A stretch of DNA of 50,091 nucleotides from Eubacteriales bacterium (GCA_045643865.1 JAZRFU010000071.1:1-50091); one strand, 5' to 3'. Shown: positions 36,460-46,288, counted from the stretch's first letter. Made by a program: numbers and translations. Notes: generated by a model not told the origin, from the sequence alone.

Positions 36460-36610
36460 ATGTTACCGCACGCGAGAGCAAAAAACACATAATTCAACGT
36501 ATTTCGACAATAGCAAAAGCGTGAGCAAAAATATTAAAACAGCGAATTTGAAATTCAGATAAATTCTAAAAAATCACGGCGGTATGCCGTGAAAAAACTC
36601 GGAGGTAAGT

Positions 36611-37900
36611 ATGGAGCAAATCATCATCAACGGCGGTCGTCAACTTTACGGAAACGTATCTATTAACGGCATGAAGAATGCCGCACTCCCTGTTATCTGT
36701 GCATGTGTTCTTAACGAGGAGGCGTGTGTTATCGACAACATCCCCCCCGTAAGCGATATAGAAATTCTTCTCGACATTCTCGCTACTATGGGTGCCGAGG
36801 TTAACCGACTCACAAAAAATTCGGTAGAGATCAACTGCAAGAATCTCGTTCCCTGCTCATCTCCCAGAGAGCTGGCTGAAAAGCTTCGCGGTTCATCTTA
36901 TCTTCTCGGTGCAGAGTTCGGTCGTTTCGGCAAAGCAAGTGTTCCTCATCCGGGTGGATGCAGCATCGGTGCAAGACCTCTTGATCTTCACATGAAGGCG
37001 TTCGAGGCACTCGGTGCAGATTGCTGTCACAAGAGTGGACGTGTTGAGGTATCTTCTGAAAACGGTCCTATTGGAAGCTCTGTGTATTTCGATAAGGTAT
37101 CTGTTGGCGCAACTGTAAATGCCATCCTTGCATCTGTTCTTGCTGACGGTGTAACCACCATCGACAATGCAGCTCGCGAGCCCCATATCGTTGACCTCGC
37201 AGTATTCCTCAATGCTTGCGGCGCCAACATTATTGGTGCGGGAACATCTGTAATTAAGGTTAAGGGCGTAGCAAAGCTCCACGGTTGCCGTTATTCTATT
37301 ATTCCCGATATGATCGAGGCAGGAACCTACATGGCAGCAGTTGCAGCTACCGGAGGTAAGGTTACCGTAAGAAACGTTATCCCGAAGCACCTTGAGGCAA
37401 TTTCCTCTAAGCTCGAGGAGGCAGGCGCAAGTGTTACCGTTGGTGACAGCTACATAACCGTTGAAAGCACAGGTAAGCTCAAGGGTATCAGCATCGTAAC
37501 TCAGCCCTACCCCGGATTTGCAACCGATATGCAGCCACAGTTCGGCGCAATGCTCTGCTTTGCAGAGGGTACGTCCGACATATCCGAGAACATATTCAAC
37601 AGCAGATTCCAGTATATGGATGAGCTTTCTAAGATGGGCGCAGATATAAAGGTTGACGGTAATCATGCAGTCATTCGCGGCGGCGCTACTCTTTCCGGCG
37701 CTCCCCTCGTGTGCCATGACCTCCGTGCAGGAGCAGCTATGGTAATCGCGGCTCTTGCAACCAAGGATAGCTCAATTATTGAAGGTATCGACAAGATCGA
37801 GCGTGGATATTATAATATAGTAGGAAAGCTTCGCGAGCTTGGCGCTGACATTCAAAAAAAAGCAGGTGCTATGGACGAGCAAATTTCCGCTATAATGTAA
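36611..37900 (+). CDS. murA: UDP-N-acetylglucosamine 1-carboxyvinyltransferase
   Basis: INGGRQLYGNVSINGMKNAALPVICACVL, active-site loop HPGGCSIGARPLDLH (Cys retained), 429 aa. RBS GGAGG. Confidence 0.9.
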   Translation: MEQIIINGGRQLYGNVSINGMKNAALPVICACVLNEEACVIDNIPPVSDIEILLDILATMGAEVNRLTKNSVEINCKNLVPCSSPRELAEKLRGSSYLLGAEFGRFGKASVPHPGGCSIGARPLDLHMKAFEALGADCCHKSGRVEVSSENGPIGSSVYFDKVSVGATVNAILASVLADGVTTIDNAAREPHIVDLAVFLNACGANIIGAGTSVIKVKGVAKLHGCRYSIIPDMIEAGTYMAAVAATGGKVTVRNVIPKHLEAISSKLEEAGASVTVGDSYITVESTGKLKGISIVTQPYPGFATDMQPQFGAMLCFAEGTSDISENIFNSRFQYMDELSKMGADIKVDGNHAVIRGGATLSGAPLVCHDLRAGAAMVIAALATKDSSIIEGIDKIERGYYNIVGKLRELGADIQKKAGAMDEQISAIM

Positions 37901-37930
37901 GATAGTCACTGCATTATATAATAATAAAGC

Positions 37931-37951
37931 CCCGAGTCACTTCGACTCGGG
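37931..37951. terminator. Hairpin between convergent murA and spoIVA
   Basis: CCCGAGUC-ACUUC-GACUCGGG with T-rich flanks on both strands. Confidence 0.5.
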
Positions 37952-37972
37952 ACTTCTCTTTTATTCAGTTAA

Positions 37973-39451
37973 TTACAGTATAATGCAGATAAGACCGCCG
38001 CTACCCTCATTGATGATGCGCTCCAGAGTTTCGGAAAGCTTGGTGCGAGATGCTTCAGGCATATGCTCCAGCTTTGAGTGAAGTCCCTCGTTGACAAGCT
38101 CATACAAGCTCTTTCCGAACATATTTGACGCCCATATCTTCTGCGGATCCTCTTCAAATTCCTTAAGCATATATTTGACAAGGTCCTCGGATTGCTGTTC
38201 CGTTCCGACAATTGGGTTGATCTCGGTTTCGATATTAGCGCGTATCATATGTATAGACTGTGCCGACGCACGCAATCTCACGCCGTATCCACCCGCTTGC
38301 TTTACTATCTCGGGATCAGCCAGACGGAGTTCTCTGACATCGGGCATAACGATACCGTATCCCCTCTCCTCCGCCTCATCGAGTGCCGACTCTACTCGGT
38401 CGTATCTTTCTTTCATTTTGGCAAGCGATTGCAACAACGATATAAGCTCCTCCTCGCCGTTTATATCAAATCCCGTCAGCTCACTTATCACGCTATAATA
38501 AAGTCCGTCTCTCATCGACACAGAAATGCGAGCGCAGCCCGTTCCGAGATCTATTTCATTTATAACACAGCTTTTCACATACTCATTCTGCGCGAGGTCG
38601 GAAAATGCGTCCTGTATATCCCCTGCCTTGCTTATTTTATCGGCGCATTTTTTTATATCCGAAAGTACAGACGTCTTTATTTTATGGCTGTTATCCAGCG
38701 CGACCGTCCATTCGGGCATAGATATGCGAACCTCACTGACGGGAAATTCGTGTAATACAAGCTCCAGAATGTGCTTTATGTCCTCTGCATCAAGATCTAT
38801 ACATGACACAAGCGCCACAGGCACCTCATACTTTGCTTCAAGCTCATACGCCAACGAAATAGCATCGTCACTCTGGGGGCGTGCGGAGTTCAATATAACT
38901 GCAAACGGCTTCCCCAACGCCTTAAGCTCGCTGACTATTCTCTCCTCTGCCTCAACGTAGCTTTGTCTTGATATGTCTCCTATGCTTCCGTCGGTGGTTA
39001 CCAACATGCCTATGGTCGAATGTTCACTGATAACCTTATGAGTACCCATTTCCGCCGCCTCAACAAACGGCATCGGATCCTCTCTCCAAGGAGTTCTTAC
39101 CATTCGGGGATGTCCGTCCTCAATAGTTCCAAGTGCCTCAGGTACGATGTATCCAACACAGTCAACCATCTTTACTCGGAACGTTGAGCAATTATCTATA
39201 TTTATCTGTACCGCCTCATCGGGAATAAACTTCGGTTCAGTCGTCATAACAGTTTTTCCCGCCGCCGATTGAGGCATTTCGTCTCTCGCTCTTTCACGGG
39301 AATATCCCTCTGTTATATTGGGAAGCACCAACGCTTCCATAAATCTTTTAATAAACGTAGATTTGCCGGTTCGAACAGGACCAACTACACCGATATATAT
39401 ATCTCCACCCGTTCTCTGCGCTATGTCGCTGTAAATAGAATGCTCTGCCAT
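37973..39451 (-). CDS. spoIVA: Stage IV sporulation protein A (spore coat morphogenetic ATPase)
   Basis: IYSDIAQRTGGDIYIGVVGPVRTGKSTFIKRFME and the C-terminal LICIIL-type end. The 492-aa length matches SpoIVA. Confidence 0.9.
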   Translation of the reverse strand: MAEHSIYSDIAQRTGGDIYIGVVGPVRTGKSTFIKRFMEALVLPNITEGYSRERARDEMPQSAAGKTVMTTEPKFIPDEAVQINIDNCSTFRVKMVDCVGYIVPEALGTIEDGHPRMVRTPWREDPMPFVEAAEMGTHKVISEHSTIGMLVTTDGSIGDISRQSYVEAEERIVSELKALGKPFAVILNSARPQSDDAISLAYELEAKYEVPVALVSCIDLDAEDIKHILELVLHEFPVSEVRISMPEWTVALDNSHKIKTSVLSDIKKCADKISKAGDIQDAFSDLAQNEYVKSCVINEIDLGTGCARISVSMRDGLYYSVISELTGFDINGEEELISLLQSLAKMKERYDRVESALDEAEERGYGIVMPDVRELRLADPEIVKQAGGYGVRLRASAQSIHMIRANIETEINPIVGTEQQSEDLVKYMLKEFEEDPQKIWASNMFGKSLYELVNEGLHSKLEHMPEASRTKLSETLERIINEGSGGLICIIL

Positions 39452-39492
39452 AAAAATCCTCCCACATTTTTTAACGATAATGCTTTCGCTAA

Positions 39493-39521
39493 ATTATATG
39501 GGAGGATTTATTGTTTTATGA
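39493..39521 (-). promoter_or_regulatory. Candidate sigma-E-type promoter of spoIVA
   Basis: Minus strand: TCATAAA (39515-39521), 14 nt, CATATAAT (39493-39500). This resembles the mother-cell sigma-E pattern (ATA-rich -35, CATAcAnT -10). It was judged by eye only. Confidence 0.4.
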
Positions 39522-39544
39522 ATATTGTAAAATTTATTTTGCGC

Positions 39545-41797
39545 TTATATTTTGGACATTTCTCTTTGCGCCATAACAAGTCCGTAATATATACCCTGCT
39601 TTTGCAAAAGCTCGTCGTGAGTTCCAACCTCTGCAACTCTGCCCTCGTCAAGCACGATAAGCTTGGTCGCATTACGCAAGGTAGATAAACGGTGCGCTAT
39701 TGCAATCGTCGTGCGGTTTGCACTCAAATTTTTAAGCGCGTCCTGTATCTGCTTTTCGGTTTCGGTGTCAAGAGACGCCGTCGCCTCGTCAAGTATAAGT
39801 ATTTTGGGATCTCGGAGTAAGGCACGCGCTATTGCAATTCTCTGTCTTTCTCCGCCCGAGAGAGTATATCCCTTTTCTCCTACGCGAGTGTCGTAGCCGT
39901 CAGTCAGCTTTATAATAAAGTCGTGACAACCAGACAGCTTTGCAACCGCGATTATCTCCTCGCGACTTGCCGATGGCTTAGCGTAGGCAATATTCTGATA
40001 TATCGTTCCTGCAAAAAGAAACGTTTCCTGCAATACCACACCCATCTGTGTTCGAAGCGCCTCTTGAGATATATCCCTTATATCCGTTCCGTCAATGCAA
40101 ATACTTCCGTCCTCAACGTCATACATGCGCATAATGAGATTTATAAGCGTAGATTTACCCACGCCCGATTTTCCGACAAGTCCTACGAACTCGCCTGCCT
40201 TAATATGTATATCGATATTGGTGAGCACCTCTGTGCCGCTGTCATATCCAAATGAAATGTGATTAATATCTATATCTCCCTTGAATATGGGCGTCTGTGC
40301 GGTGTCGCTATCCCTTATCTCCTCGTCCTCATCTATTATTTCAAACACCTTCGCGGTAGATGTCATAAAGTTGATGATCTGTCTTGGCAGATTGGACAAC
40401 ATACGCAACGGACCGTATATCATGGTCACATACATGGAAAACTGCGACATTTCTCCCAGCGTCATATTGCCGCCGAGTATTTCATTTCCTACGTAAAACA
40501 GTATGATAAACTCACCAAAGCACATCAAGAACTGCATTACAGGCATTACCGAATACCATAGAGTATCGGACTTCATCTGGAGATCGCGCTCCTCTGATGC
40601 CGCCTCGTCGTATCTTTCGCTCTCCTTATGCTCCATTCCAAACGATTTTACCACGCGGATACCCGAAAAAATATCGTGAAGCACCGAATTGGATTTAGAG
40701 CCGCTTTGCCAGCACCTATGGAAAAGCTTATGTATCTTCTTCATAAAGAACATAAAGCCAAATACAACAAGCGGTACGGGTAGGAGAATGAGCAGGAACA
40801 GTACGCTCAAGTCGTTTATCACAAACACTATTCCAAGCGCGACAAACAGCAAAATTTGCTCTATAAGCGCAGGAAGATAATGAACGAGGAATTCCTGTAT
40901 CCTGTCAACGTCGTGCGACACGCGACGCATAAGCTCTCCTGCGGTGCGCTTTGATATTCTTGATATAGACAGCTTCTGTATCTTTCCAAAAAGCATATCT
41001 CGCAGATCCACAATAAGACCGTTACTCGCCTTGATCAGTATATGTGATCGGAACATAGTCAACAGCTTAAGGAGTATCTGCACAGCCAGCATCGACAGTA
41101 TGATCAGCACATAGTCTTTTACAACAAGAGTTTGTTGTGTCCGGCTATTTATATATTCGTCCGTTACGATACGGTTTATTTGCGGAAGCATAAGATTAAG
41201 ACCGCTGACACCGATAAACATAAGGACAGATACCGCGATAAACCACTTGTACGGCTTAACCATGTTCCACAGGCGCTTTATAAGATTGAGCTTATTAGCG
41301 CATCTTGGGCAGCTTTTAGCGCCCTTAGTAAGAGGTCTTCCGCATTTGGAGCATCTGATTGCGGTATCAAACGAAGCAGCTTCACCTTCATTTTTCACGT
41401 AGTTCTCTACTCCAACTGTTTCGGCTATACGGTTAAAGCGCTTGGATGCAGAGATCGCATTTTTGCTTGCTGACATATCCATACGGCAAAGCAAGCAATT
41501 GGAGCCGTCACTTTTCAGCTTGTACGACAAAAAGCACGTACCAACGCCCATATCAACGTTTATTCTGTCAACAAGCTTTACGTCAGCACTATGTACCTTT
41601 TCTCCATCAAGCCATACTGAAATTTCTTCATTATCCGCAGTTACTATGCCGTTACATCTTACATCGGGATTGGAGGGATGCAAATTATATGAAATTACAA
41701 ATATAAACTCGTCGCGACTTTTATTCGGATATAACTTTTTTAGCTGTGATGTCAGCTTATCCTCGACATTTCTTTTCTTTTTCTTGAAAAATCTCAT
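39545..41797 (-). CDS. ABC exporter half-transporter (TMD+NBD) with an extra N-terminal soluble domain and zinc ribbon
   Basis: Walker A GKSGVGKST, signature LSGGERQR, Walker B ILILDEAT, H-loop IAHRLST. The ~175-aa N-terminal extension ends in CSKCGRPLTKGAKSCPRC just before TM1. RBS AGGAGGG. Confidence 0.85.
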   Translation of the reverse strand: MRFFKKKKRNVEDKLTSQLKKLYPNKSRDEFIFVISYNLHPSNPDVRCNGIVTADNEEISVWLDGEKVHSADVKLVDRINVDMGVGTCFLSYKLKSDGSNCLLCRMDMSASKNAISASKRFNRIAETVGVENYVKNEGEAASFDTAIRCSKCGRPLTKGAKSCPRCANKLNLIKRLWNMVKPYKWFIAVSVLMFIGVSGLNLMLPQINRIVTDEYINSRTQQTLVVKDYVLIILSMLAVQILLKLLTMFRSHILIKASNGLIVDLRDMLFGKIQKLSISRISKRTAGELMRRVSHDVDRIQEFLVHYLPALIEQILLFVALGIVFVINDLSVLFLLILLPVPLVVFGFMFFMKKIHKLFHRCWQSGSKSNSVLHDIFSGIRVVKSFGMEHKESERYDEAASEERDLQMKSDTLWYSVMPVMQFLMCFGEFIILFYVGNEILGGNMTLGEMSQFSMYVTMIYGPLRMLSNLPRQIINFMTSTAKVFEIIDEDEEIRDSDTAQTPIFKGDIDINHISFGYDSGTEVLTNIDIHIKAGEFVGLVGKSGVGKSTLINLIMRMYDVEDGSICIDGTDIRDISQEALRTQMGVVLQETFLFAGTIYQNIAYAKPSASREEIIAVAKLSGCHDFIIKLTDGYDTRVGEKGYTLSGGERQRIAIARALLRDPKILILDEATASLDTETEKQIQDALKNLSANRTTIAIAHRLSTLRNATKLIVLDEGRVAEVGTHDELLQKQGIYYGLVMAQREMSKI

Positions 41798-41848
41798 TCG
41801 GATTTCCCTCCTTTCTCCATATTCAATGTCACAAATAAAGCTTACAAA

Positions 41849-42382
41849 TCAGAGATATATCTCAATTTTCCGATAGCTCTTGGCAGTAAGCTCGGATACA
41901 CTTTCTATCTTATAGCGATTTCCGTCAACATCTACAAGTACTATACTGTCATCGCCCGTGTGCAAAAGATTTTTGAACGTATCCTGCATTGTGAAGCTCG
42001 CGCTTTTTCCATTGGTAAAAATGACCTTCCAATATGAAAAGCCGTAGCGCTCCTTTACACTCTTGATATCCTTGATTGTAGGAGCATAGTATTTTCTGTC
42101 TATCTCGGTTTTAATGACCGACTTTACGCCGTCATCAAAATCCTCAATACTGTATATAAGACCAATCTCCTTGCCGTCATCTCCGACTACCGATATATAT
42201 TCGTATAAAAACTCGTGCGGAAAAGCTCTGTGCAAGAATATACGGTCATACTGCTTCTCTTCGCCATCATCGCAAAGAGTCATAAAAACAAACCCGTTTT
42301 TAGTACCAAAGCTTGCATTGTCCTTGTCAAGTCGCAATATGCGGGCGGACTTTTCAAGCATTATTTCATTTTTCTCTTTCAT
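41849..42382 (-). CDS. DUF1854-like protein encoded between the two ABC genes
   Basis: 177 aa, soluble. FLHRAFPHEFLYEYISVVGDDGKEIGLIYSIEDFDDGVKSVIKTEIDRKYYAPTIKDIKSVKERYGFSYWKV matches my recollection of the DUF1854 pattern. RBS GGGAGGA. Confidence 0.55.
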   Translation of the reverse strand: MKEKNEIMLEKSARILRLDKDNASFGTKNGFVFMTLCDDGEEKQYDRIFLHRAFPHEFLYEYISVVGDDGKEIGLIYSIEDFDDGVKSVIKTEIDRKYYAPTIKDIKSVKERYGFSYWKVIFTNGKSASFTMQDTFKNLLHTGDDSIVLVDVDGNRYKIESVSELTAKSYRKIEIYL

Positions 42383-42400
42383 AACGTCCTCCCTTTTACT

Positions 42401-44695
42401 TTACTCTGTTATTCCTGCGTTTTTCAACGCCTCTGCCTGCAAGGTATATAGCTTGTTGTAAACTCCGTCCTCAATGGACAAAAGCTCGAAGTGCGTTCCG
42501 CGCTCGGCAACCTTACCCTTTTCAATAACGACAAGCTCGTCCGCATCTCTCAAGGTTGACAGACGGTGCGCTATCATAATGGTAGTTTTGTCCTTGGTCA
42601 ATGCCGTAATGGCATTTTGTATCTTTTGCTCTGTTTCGGTATCCATAGCCGCAGTCGCCTCGTCAAGAATAAGTATCTTGGGATTGCGAAGTATGGCTCT
42701 GGCAATAGACAGACGCTGCTTTTCACCGCCCGAAAGGTCTTTGTATCCAAATCCTATTTTAGTGTCGTAGGCATCGGGTAATTTGATAATGAAATCATGC
42801 GCTCCCGAAAGCTTAGCCGCACTGATGACCTCATCGTACGTAGCATCGGGCTTTGCGTATCTGATATTGTCAAGTATAGAACCTATAAAGAAATACGTTT
42901 CCTGCGATACTATTGCAATGTTCTCGTAAAGCGTCTTGAAGGACAGCTCCTTGACATTTATGCCGTCTATAAGTATTTCGCCCTCGTCACAGTCGTAGAG
43001 TCGCATAAGCAGATTAACTATCGTGCTCTTGCCCGCTCCAGTATGACCGACTATTCCAAGCGTATTTCCCGCGGGTACGTCAAAGCTGACGTTATTGATT
43101 ATCTTGCGGTTACGGACGTATGAAAAGTCCACATTTTTGAATTCGACCCGACCGTCCACTTTATCGGGAGTAACGGCATTTTCACTCTCGGTTATATCGG
43201 GAGTGGTATCGTATATTTCAAACAGTCGCTGCAATGCATTGGTGCTTGCCGCAGACCAGTCTATCATATCTGCGAAGAAATACATAGGCGTATATATCAT
43301 ATTGACGTACGCCACAAATTTTATAAGCTGACCGTAAGAAAAGTCATTGTAGCCAACAATAACCATCCAGCCACCAAGACCGAGCGCGATTATATTTCCG
43401 AGATACAAAATAAGTCCAAGCGATGGGTACACGTATCGGTTAAAAAGCGCCTGCCTTTTTTGACTGTCTGCCGCATTTTTATTGGTTCTGCCAAATCGGT
43501 CTATTTCGTTTTTCTCATTGGAGAACGCCTTTACCACTCTCATTCCCTGCAACACGTCTGAAACCTGAGAATTCAGCTTGCGCGCGCCCGAATATGTTTT
43601 GGCGTGCAGCTTCATGCTCTTGCGATAGCTCTTTAGTATGAGCAAAAAGAACAGCGGCACTGTTATCAATGAGCAAAGGGCGAGAAGCGGGTTTTCGATA
43701 AACAATATCACACATATAACCACTACCTGTACAACGTTTACCAAAAAGTAAGGAACACCGTCGCAAAAAAAGTAATATATGGTATTGGAGTCGTTGTTGA
43801 CCTGCGTCATCAGTGCTCCCGTCTGTCTGCCGTTAAAAAATGACAGTGACAGCTTTTCTATGGAATTAAAAACCGTCATTTTAAGGTCATATACTATCCT
43901 TGCCGCAATCCGCGCGGAAACAACTCCGTTGATCAAGCTGAACAAATGCGATAGCAATCTTGTCGCGATGATTATTCCCACAACGAGCAGTATTTCGCCG
44001 AAAAAGCTTCCGTCCTCGCGCAGTACCTCATCATAGAAAAACTGATTGGAGAAATACGGCACAAGAATTCCCGTCGCCGTAAGCAACACAAGAGAAGCGA
44101 GTATGATTGCCAGATGCTTTTTATATTTGAGCAAAAACATACCAAATCGGCGGTACAGCTTGCCCTTCTCCATACACCTTGGGCATACTCTTCTGTTTTT
44201 ATCAGGATACCTCATCGAGCACTTGGGGCATCGGTGCGACGCAGGATCGTCCTCGGCATCAACCTCGAAATCCACACCCTCAAGCTCGCCCTTTTTCATT
44301 CTCTCGAAATACTTAATGAATAGTAATGCCGACGCTCTGCAGGTGTTCGTCATAGCGCAGATAAAAACATTATCTCCACTCTCGGTAACTGCCGTCAATC
44401 GTGCACCCGACAAAAGATCCTCGACCTTCATCTCTTTTATCGTGTCAATGTCATACGACACAAACGATTCCTCGTGCCACTGTACCTCAATGCGCGACTT
44501 TTTATTCGGCTTTTCTATCGCGGTATGTCCCGAGATGACATATATGCTCTTTTCGGTTGCCACAACGTAAGTATCGCAAAGCACGTGATCTGAATTCATA
44601 TCGCAATATGAAGCCAGCATAATATCGCTCTCATTTACGCCGTTATCCGAGAGCGACCGATATATATATTCAGGTATCTTATCGGTTATAAGCAT
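42401..44695 (-). CDS. ABC exporter half-transporter (TMD+NBD) with an extra N-terminal soluble domain and zinc ribbon
   Basis: Walker A GHTGAGKST, signature LSGGEKQR, Walker B ILILDEAT, H-loop IAHRLST. The N-terminal ~185 aa ends in CPKCSMRYPDKNRRVCPRC. The start is set at M10 (ATG 44695) behind AAGGAGGTG. Confidence 0.85.
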   Translation of the reverse strand: MLITDKIPEYIYRSLSDNGVNESDIMLASYCDMNSDHVLCDTYVVATEKSIYVISGHTAIEKPNKKSRIEVQWHEESFVSYDIDTIKEMKVEDLLSGARLTAVTESGDNVFICAMTNTCRASALLFIKYFERMKKGELEGVDFEVDAEDDPASHRCPKCSMRYPDKNRRVCPRCMEKGKLYRRFGMFLLKYKKHLAIILASLVLLTATGILVPYFSNQFFYDEVLREDGSFFGEILLVVGIIIATRLLSHLFSLINGVVSARIAARIVYDLKMTVFNSIEKLSLSFFNGRQTGALMTQVNNDSNTIYYFFCDGVPYFLVNVVQVVVICVILFIENPLLALCSLITVPLFFLLILKSYRKSMKLHAKTYSGARKLNSQVSDVLQGMRVVKAFSNEKNEIDRFGRTNKNAADSQKRQALFNRYVYPSLGLILYLGNIIALGLGGWMVIVGYNDFSYGQLIKFVAYVNMIYTPMYFFADMIDWSAASTNALQRLFEIYDTTPDITESENAVTPDKVDGRVEFKNVDFSYVRNRKIINNVSFDVPAGNTLGIVGHTGAGKSTIVNLLMRLYDCDEGEILIDGINVKELSFKTLYENIAIVSQETYFFIGSILDNIRYAKPDATYDEVISAAKLSGAHDFIIKLPDAYDTKIGFGYKDLSGGEKQRLSIARAILRNPKILILDEATAAMDTETEQKIQNAITALTKDKTTIMIAHRLSTLRDADELVVIEKGKVAERGTHFELLSIEDGVYNKLYTLQAEALKNAGITE

Positions 44696-44736
44696 ATATT
44701 TCACCTCCTTTGAAGCTTGCATAAAACCACAAATTA

Positions 44737-44765
44737 ATTATACCGCTTTTATTGTCTCTTGTCAA
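44737..44765 (-). promoter_or_regulatory. Sigma-A consensus promoter of the ABC-DUF1854-ABC operon
   Basis: Minus strand: TTGACA (44760-44765), 17 nt, TATAAT (44737-44742). Confidence 0.55.
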
Positions 44766-44887
44766 TAAACTATAAGTAGAATTAAAAATTTTATATATAT
44801 ACGTCGAGTTTTGAAAAACAACGGTTGAAATTTATGTTTTTTTGTGTTATACTCTATTTAAGAACTCTATAAAAAGGAGCAATTTAC

Positions 44888-46267
44888 ATGAAGGGTCTTA
44901 AAACCATATATATATGTTCAAATTGTAATTATAAATCTCCGAAATGGATGGGTAAATGTCCGTCCTGCAGCCAATGGAACACTCTTGTTGAAGACGTAAT
45001 AAGCACCGCGCCCGAGGACATCGCAGTAAGACGTAAAAGCATGTCGGGAACGGGCATAGACAACCGTGCTATATCTTACGCTGATCTCGAAATACCCGAA
45101 TATATACGCTCGGTAACAGGTCTTGATGAGCTTGACCGTGTGCTTGGCGGCGGTCTTGTTCACGGCTCTGTCGTTCTCATCTCGGGTGAGCCGGGAATAG
45201 GAAAATCAACTCTGCTGATGCAGATATCCGAGTGCTTGGGTAACAATAAGCGCGTTCTGTATATATCGGGAGAGGAATCGGGCGGACAGATAAAGCTTCG
45301 CGCAAAGCGACTTGGCGTTTCGGGCAAAAATCTCTTTATTCTTACCGAAACCAACCTTGACGGTATCCTCAAGGAAGCCGACAAGATAAAGCCCGATATA
45401 ATGATAGTGGACTCTATACAAACGATATACGACGACACGATAAAATCCGCGCCCGGTAGTGTAACGCAGGTGCGTGAGTCCGCGCTTACACTCATAAACC
45501 GCGCTAAATCACACGGAATATCAATGCTCCTTGTCGGTCACGTAAACAAGGAGGGCGGCATTGCGGGTCCTAAGGTGCTGGAGCATATGGTTGATGCCGT
45601 TCTCTGCTTTGAGGGCGAAAAGCTCCAATCATACAGAATAATACGCGCCAACAAAAACAGATTCGGCTCGACTAATGAAATAGGCGTTTTTGAGATGACA
45701 GACAAGGGACTTGTTGAAATCCCCAATCCGTCCGAAATGCTGCTTTCAGGAAGACCTAAAAACACTCCCGGAAACTGCGCCGTATGCACTATCGAAGGAA
45801 CGCGCCCGATAATCGCAGAGATACAGGCGCTTGTTTCTCCCACTGCCTTTCCCGCTCCGAGAAGAACGGCAAACGGAATTGACTATAACCGCCTTTGCTT
45901 GATAATTGCGGTACTTGAAAAGCGTCTTGGACTTAAATTCTATCAGAACGACGTTTATATGAATGTCATTGGTGGTCTGTATCTCGATGAACCGGCAAGT
46001 GATGCAGCTATCGCCTTGGCGCTCATATCCTCACTTACCGACAAGGCAGTTCCCGACGATCTTATCGCTATTGGAGAGCTTGGACTTTCGGGTGAGTGTC
46101 GCGCGGTTTCCAACCTTGAGCAGCGAGTAAAGGAAGCACAGCGTCTCGGATTCACTAAAGCCATCGTTCCATACAAAAATATTGAAAAGCGCAAATTTGA
46201 TACCTCGATGGAGCTTATTCCTATACACAGCATTTATGAGGCAATACGTGTGCTTGGCAATAATTGA
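44888..46267 (+). CDS. radA: DNA repair protein RadA/Sms
   Basis: N-terminal zinc finger YICSNCNYKSPKWMGKCPSCSQWNTL, Walker A GEPGIGKSTL, KNRFG motif, and a Lon-protease-like C-terminal domain. Confidence 0.92.
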   Translation: MKGLKTIYICSNCNYKSPKWMGKCPSCSQWNTLVEDVISTAPEDIAVRRKSMSGTGIDNRAISYADLEIPEYIRSVTGLDELDRVLGGGLVHGSVVLISGEPGIGKSTLLMQISECLGNNKRVLYISGEESGGQIKLRAKRLGVSGKNLFILTETNLDGILKEADKIKPDIMIVDSIQTIYDDTIKSAPGSVTQVRESALTLINRAKSHGISMLLVGHVNKEGGIAGPKVLEHMVDAVLCFEGEKLQSYRIIRANKNRFGSTNEIGVFEMTDKGLVEIPNPSEMLLSGRPKNTPGNCAVCTIEGTRPIIAEIQALVSPTAFPAPRRTANGIDYNRLCLIIAVLEKRLGLKFYQNDVYMNVIGGLYLDEPASDAAIALALISSLTDKAVPDDLIAIGELGLSGECRAVSNLEQRVKEAQRLGFTKAIVPYKNIEKRKFDTSMELIPIHSIYEAIRVLGNN

Positions 46268-46288
46268 TAACAACGCAGCAAAATAATC

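Noticed and set aside
36575-36593. The hairpin just upstream of the murA RBS as a transcription attenuator.
   Set aside because: On the plus strand it is followed by an A-run rather than a U-run, so it is not an intrinsic terminator for murA. It is retained only as part of the leader description.
39454-39520. An 11-bp sequence (AAATCCTCCCA) complementary to the spoIVA Shine-Dalgarno region, about 40 nt upstream, which suggested a translational anti-SD hairpin.
   Set aside because: The upstream arm overlaps the spacer and -10 of the best candidate sigma-E-type promoter. It would therefore mostly lie upstream of the transcription start and not be in the mRNA. I kept only the promoter call, at low confidence.
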